DNA of 63,318 bases, the filler included, from Reclinomonas americana ATCC 50394 (lineage: Eukaryota), in assembly GCA_048213135.1 (NCBI GenBank). It is 8 parts of 4 records of this genome, joined end to end, with 100 filler letters (N's around TTAATTAATTAA, not from the genome) between each part and the next. Parts side by side here need not be neighbours in the genome. Positions count along the whole stretch, not along the records: positions 61,573 to 63,318 come from PS015337.1; 7 more parts are not named here. One strand, 5' to 3'. Numbering within the stretch: position 1 is the stretch's first letter; the number at the start of each line of letters is the position of its first letter. Under the pieces are notes generated by a model. The model was given only the letters and a program-made list of their open reading frames with translations. It searched no databases and was not told the DNA's origin. A program made the translations under genes and the position numbers. Positions 63,303 through 63,318 of the stretch are shown one piece after another.

Positions 63303-63318
63303 AGACGAGAGAGAGAGA

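Noticed and set aside
1..63318. CRISPR arrays, tRNA/rRNA genes, transposase or reverse-transcriptase ORFs, prokaryotic operons
   Set aside because: None recognised; the sequence is spliced eukaryotic DNA. Small ncRNAs inside introns cannot be excluded by eye.

Overview
Gene-dense, GC-rich, intron-rich eukaryotic (protist-like) genomic DNA. It is not one locus: eight scaffold pieces are joined by artificial N-TTAATTAATTAA-N linkers, and there are several internal N gaps. By manual splicing I recover about 27 genes or gene fragments: a His-box membrane desaturase; a tail-to-tail pair of CYP710/CYP61-type P450s; a tail-to-tail pair of PhnB/VOC glyoxalase-fold genes; an NHL-repeat protein; Sec61-gamma; an ePHD protein; citrate synthase; kelch and WD40 proteins; E2F; AFG1; CAPZB; PTH2; UDP-glucose dehydrogenase; a CMGC kinase; CLYBL; GLOD4-like; a GARP/SHAQKYF MYB; TTC4; a multi-SUEL lectin; LRRC46-like; and a cathepsin-B-like protein. 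The most unusual signal is in the splicing. More than 20 introns use a GTTGCG donor that looks like the common G|GTGCG donor shifted by one base, and in my traces it never follows an exonic G. There are also 2-nt, 3-nt and 10-nt micro-exons and GC-AG introns. Other points are a catalytic Cys-to-Ser cathepsin, a candidate lipid/sterol-modifying cluster, a frameshift in the desaturase, and local direct and inverted repeats. All homology calls are from motif recognition, not database searches.
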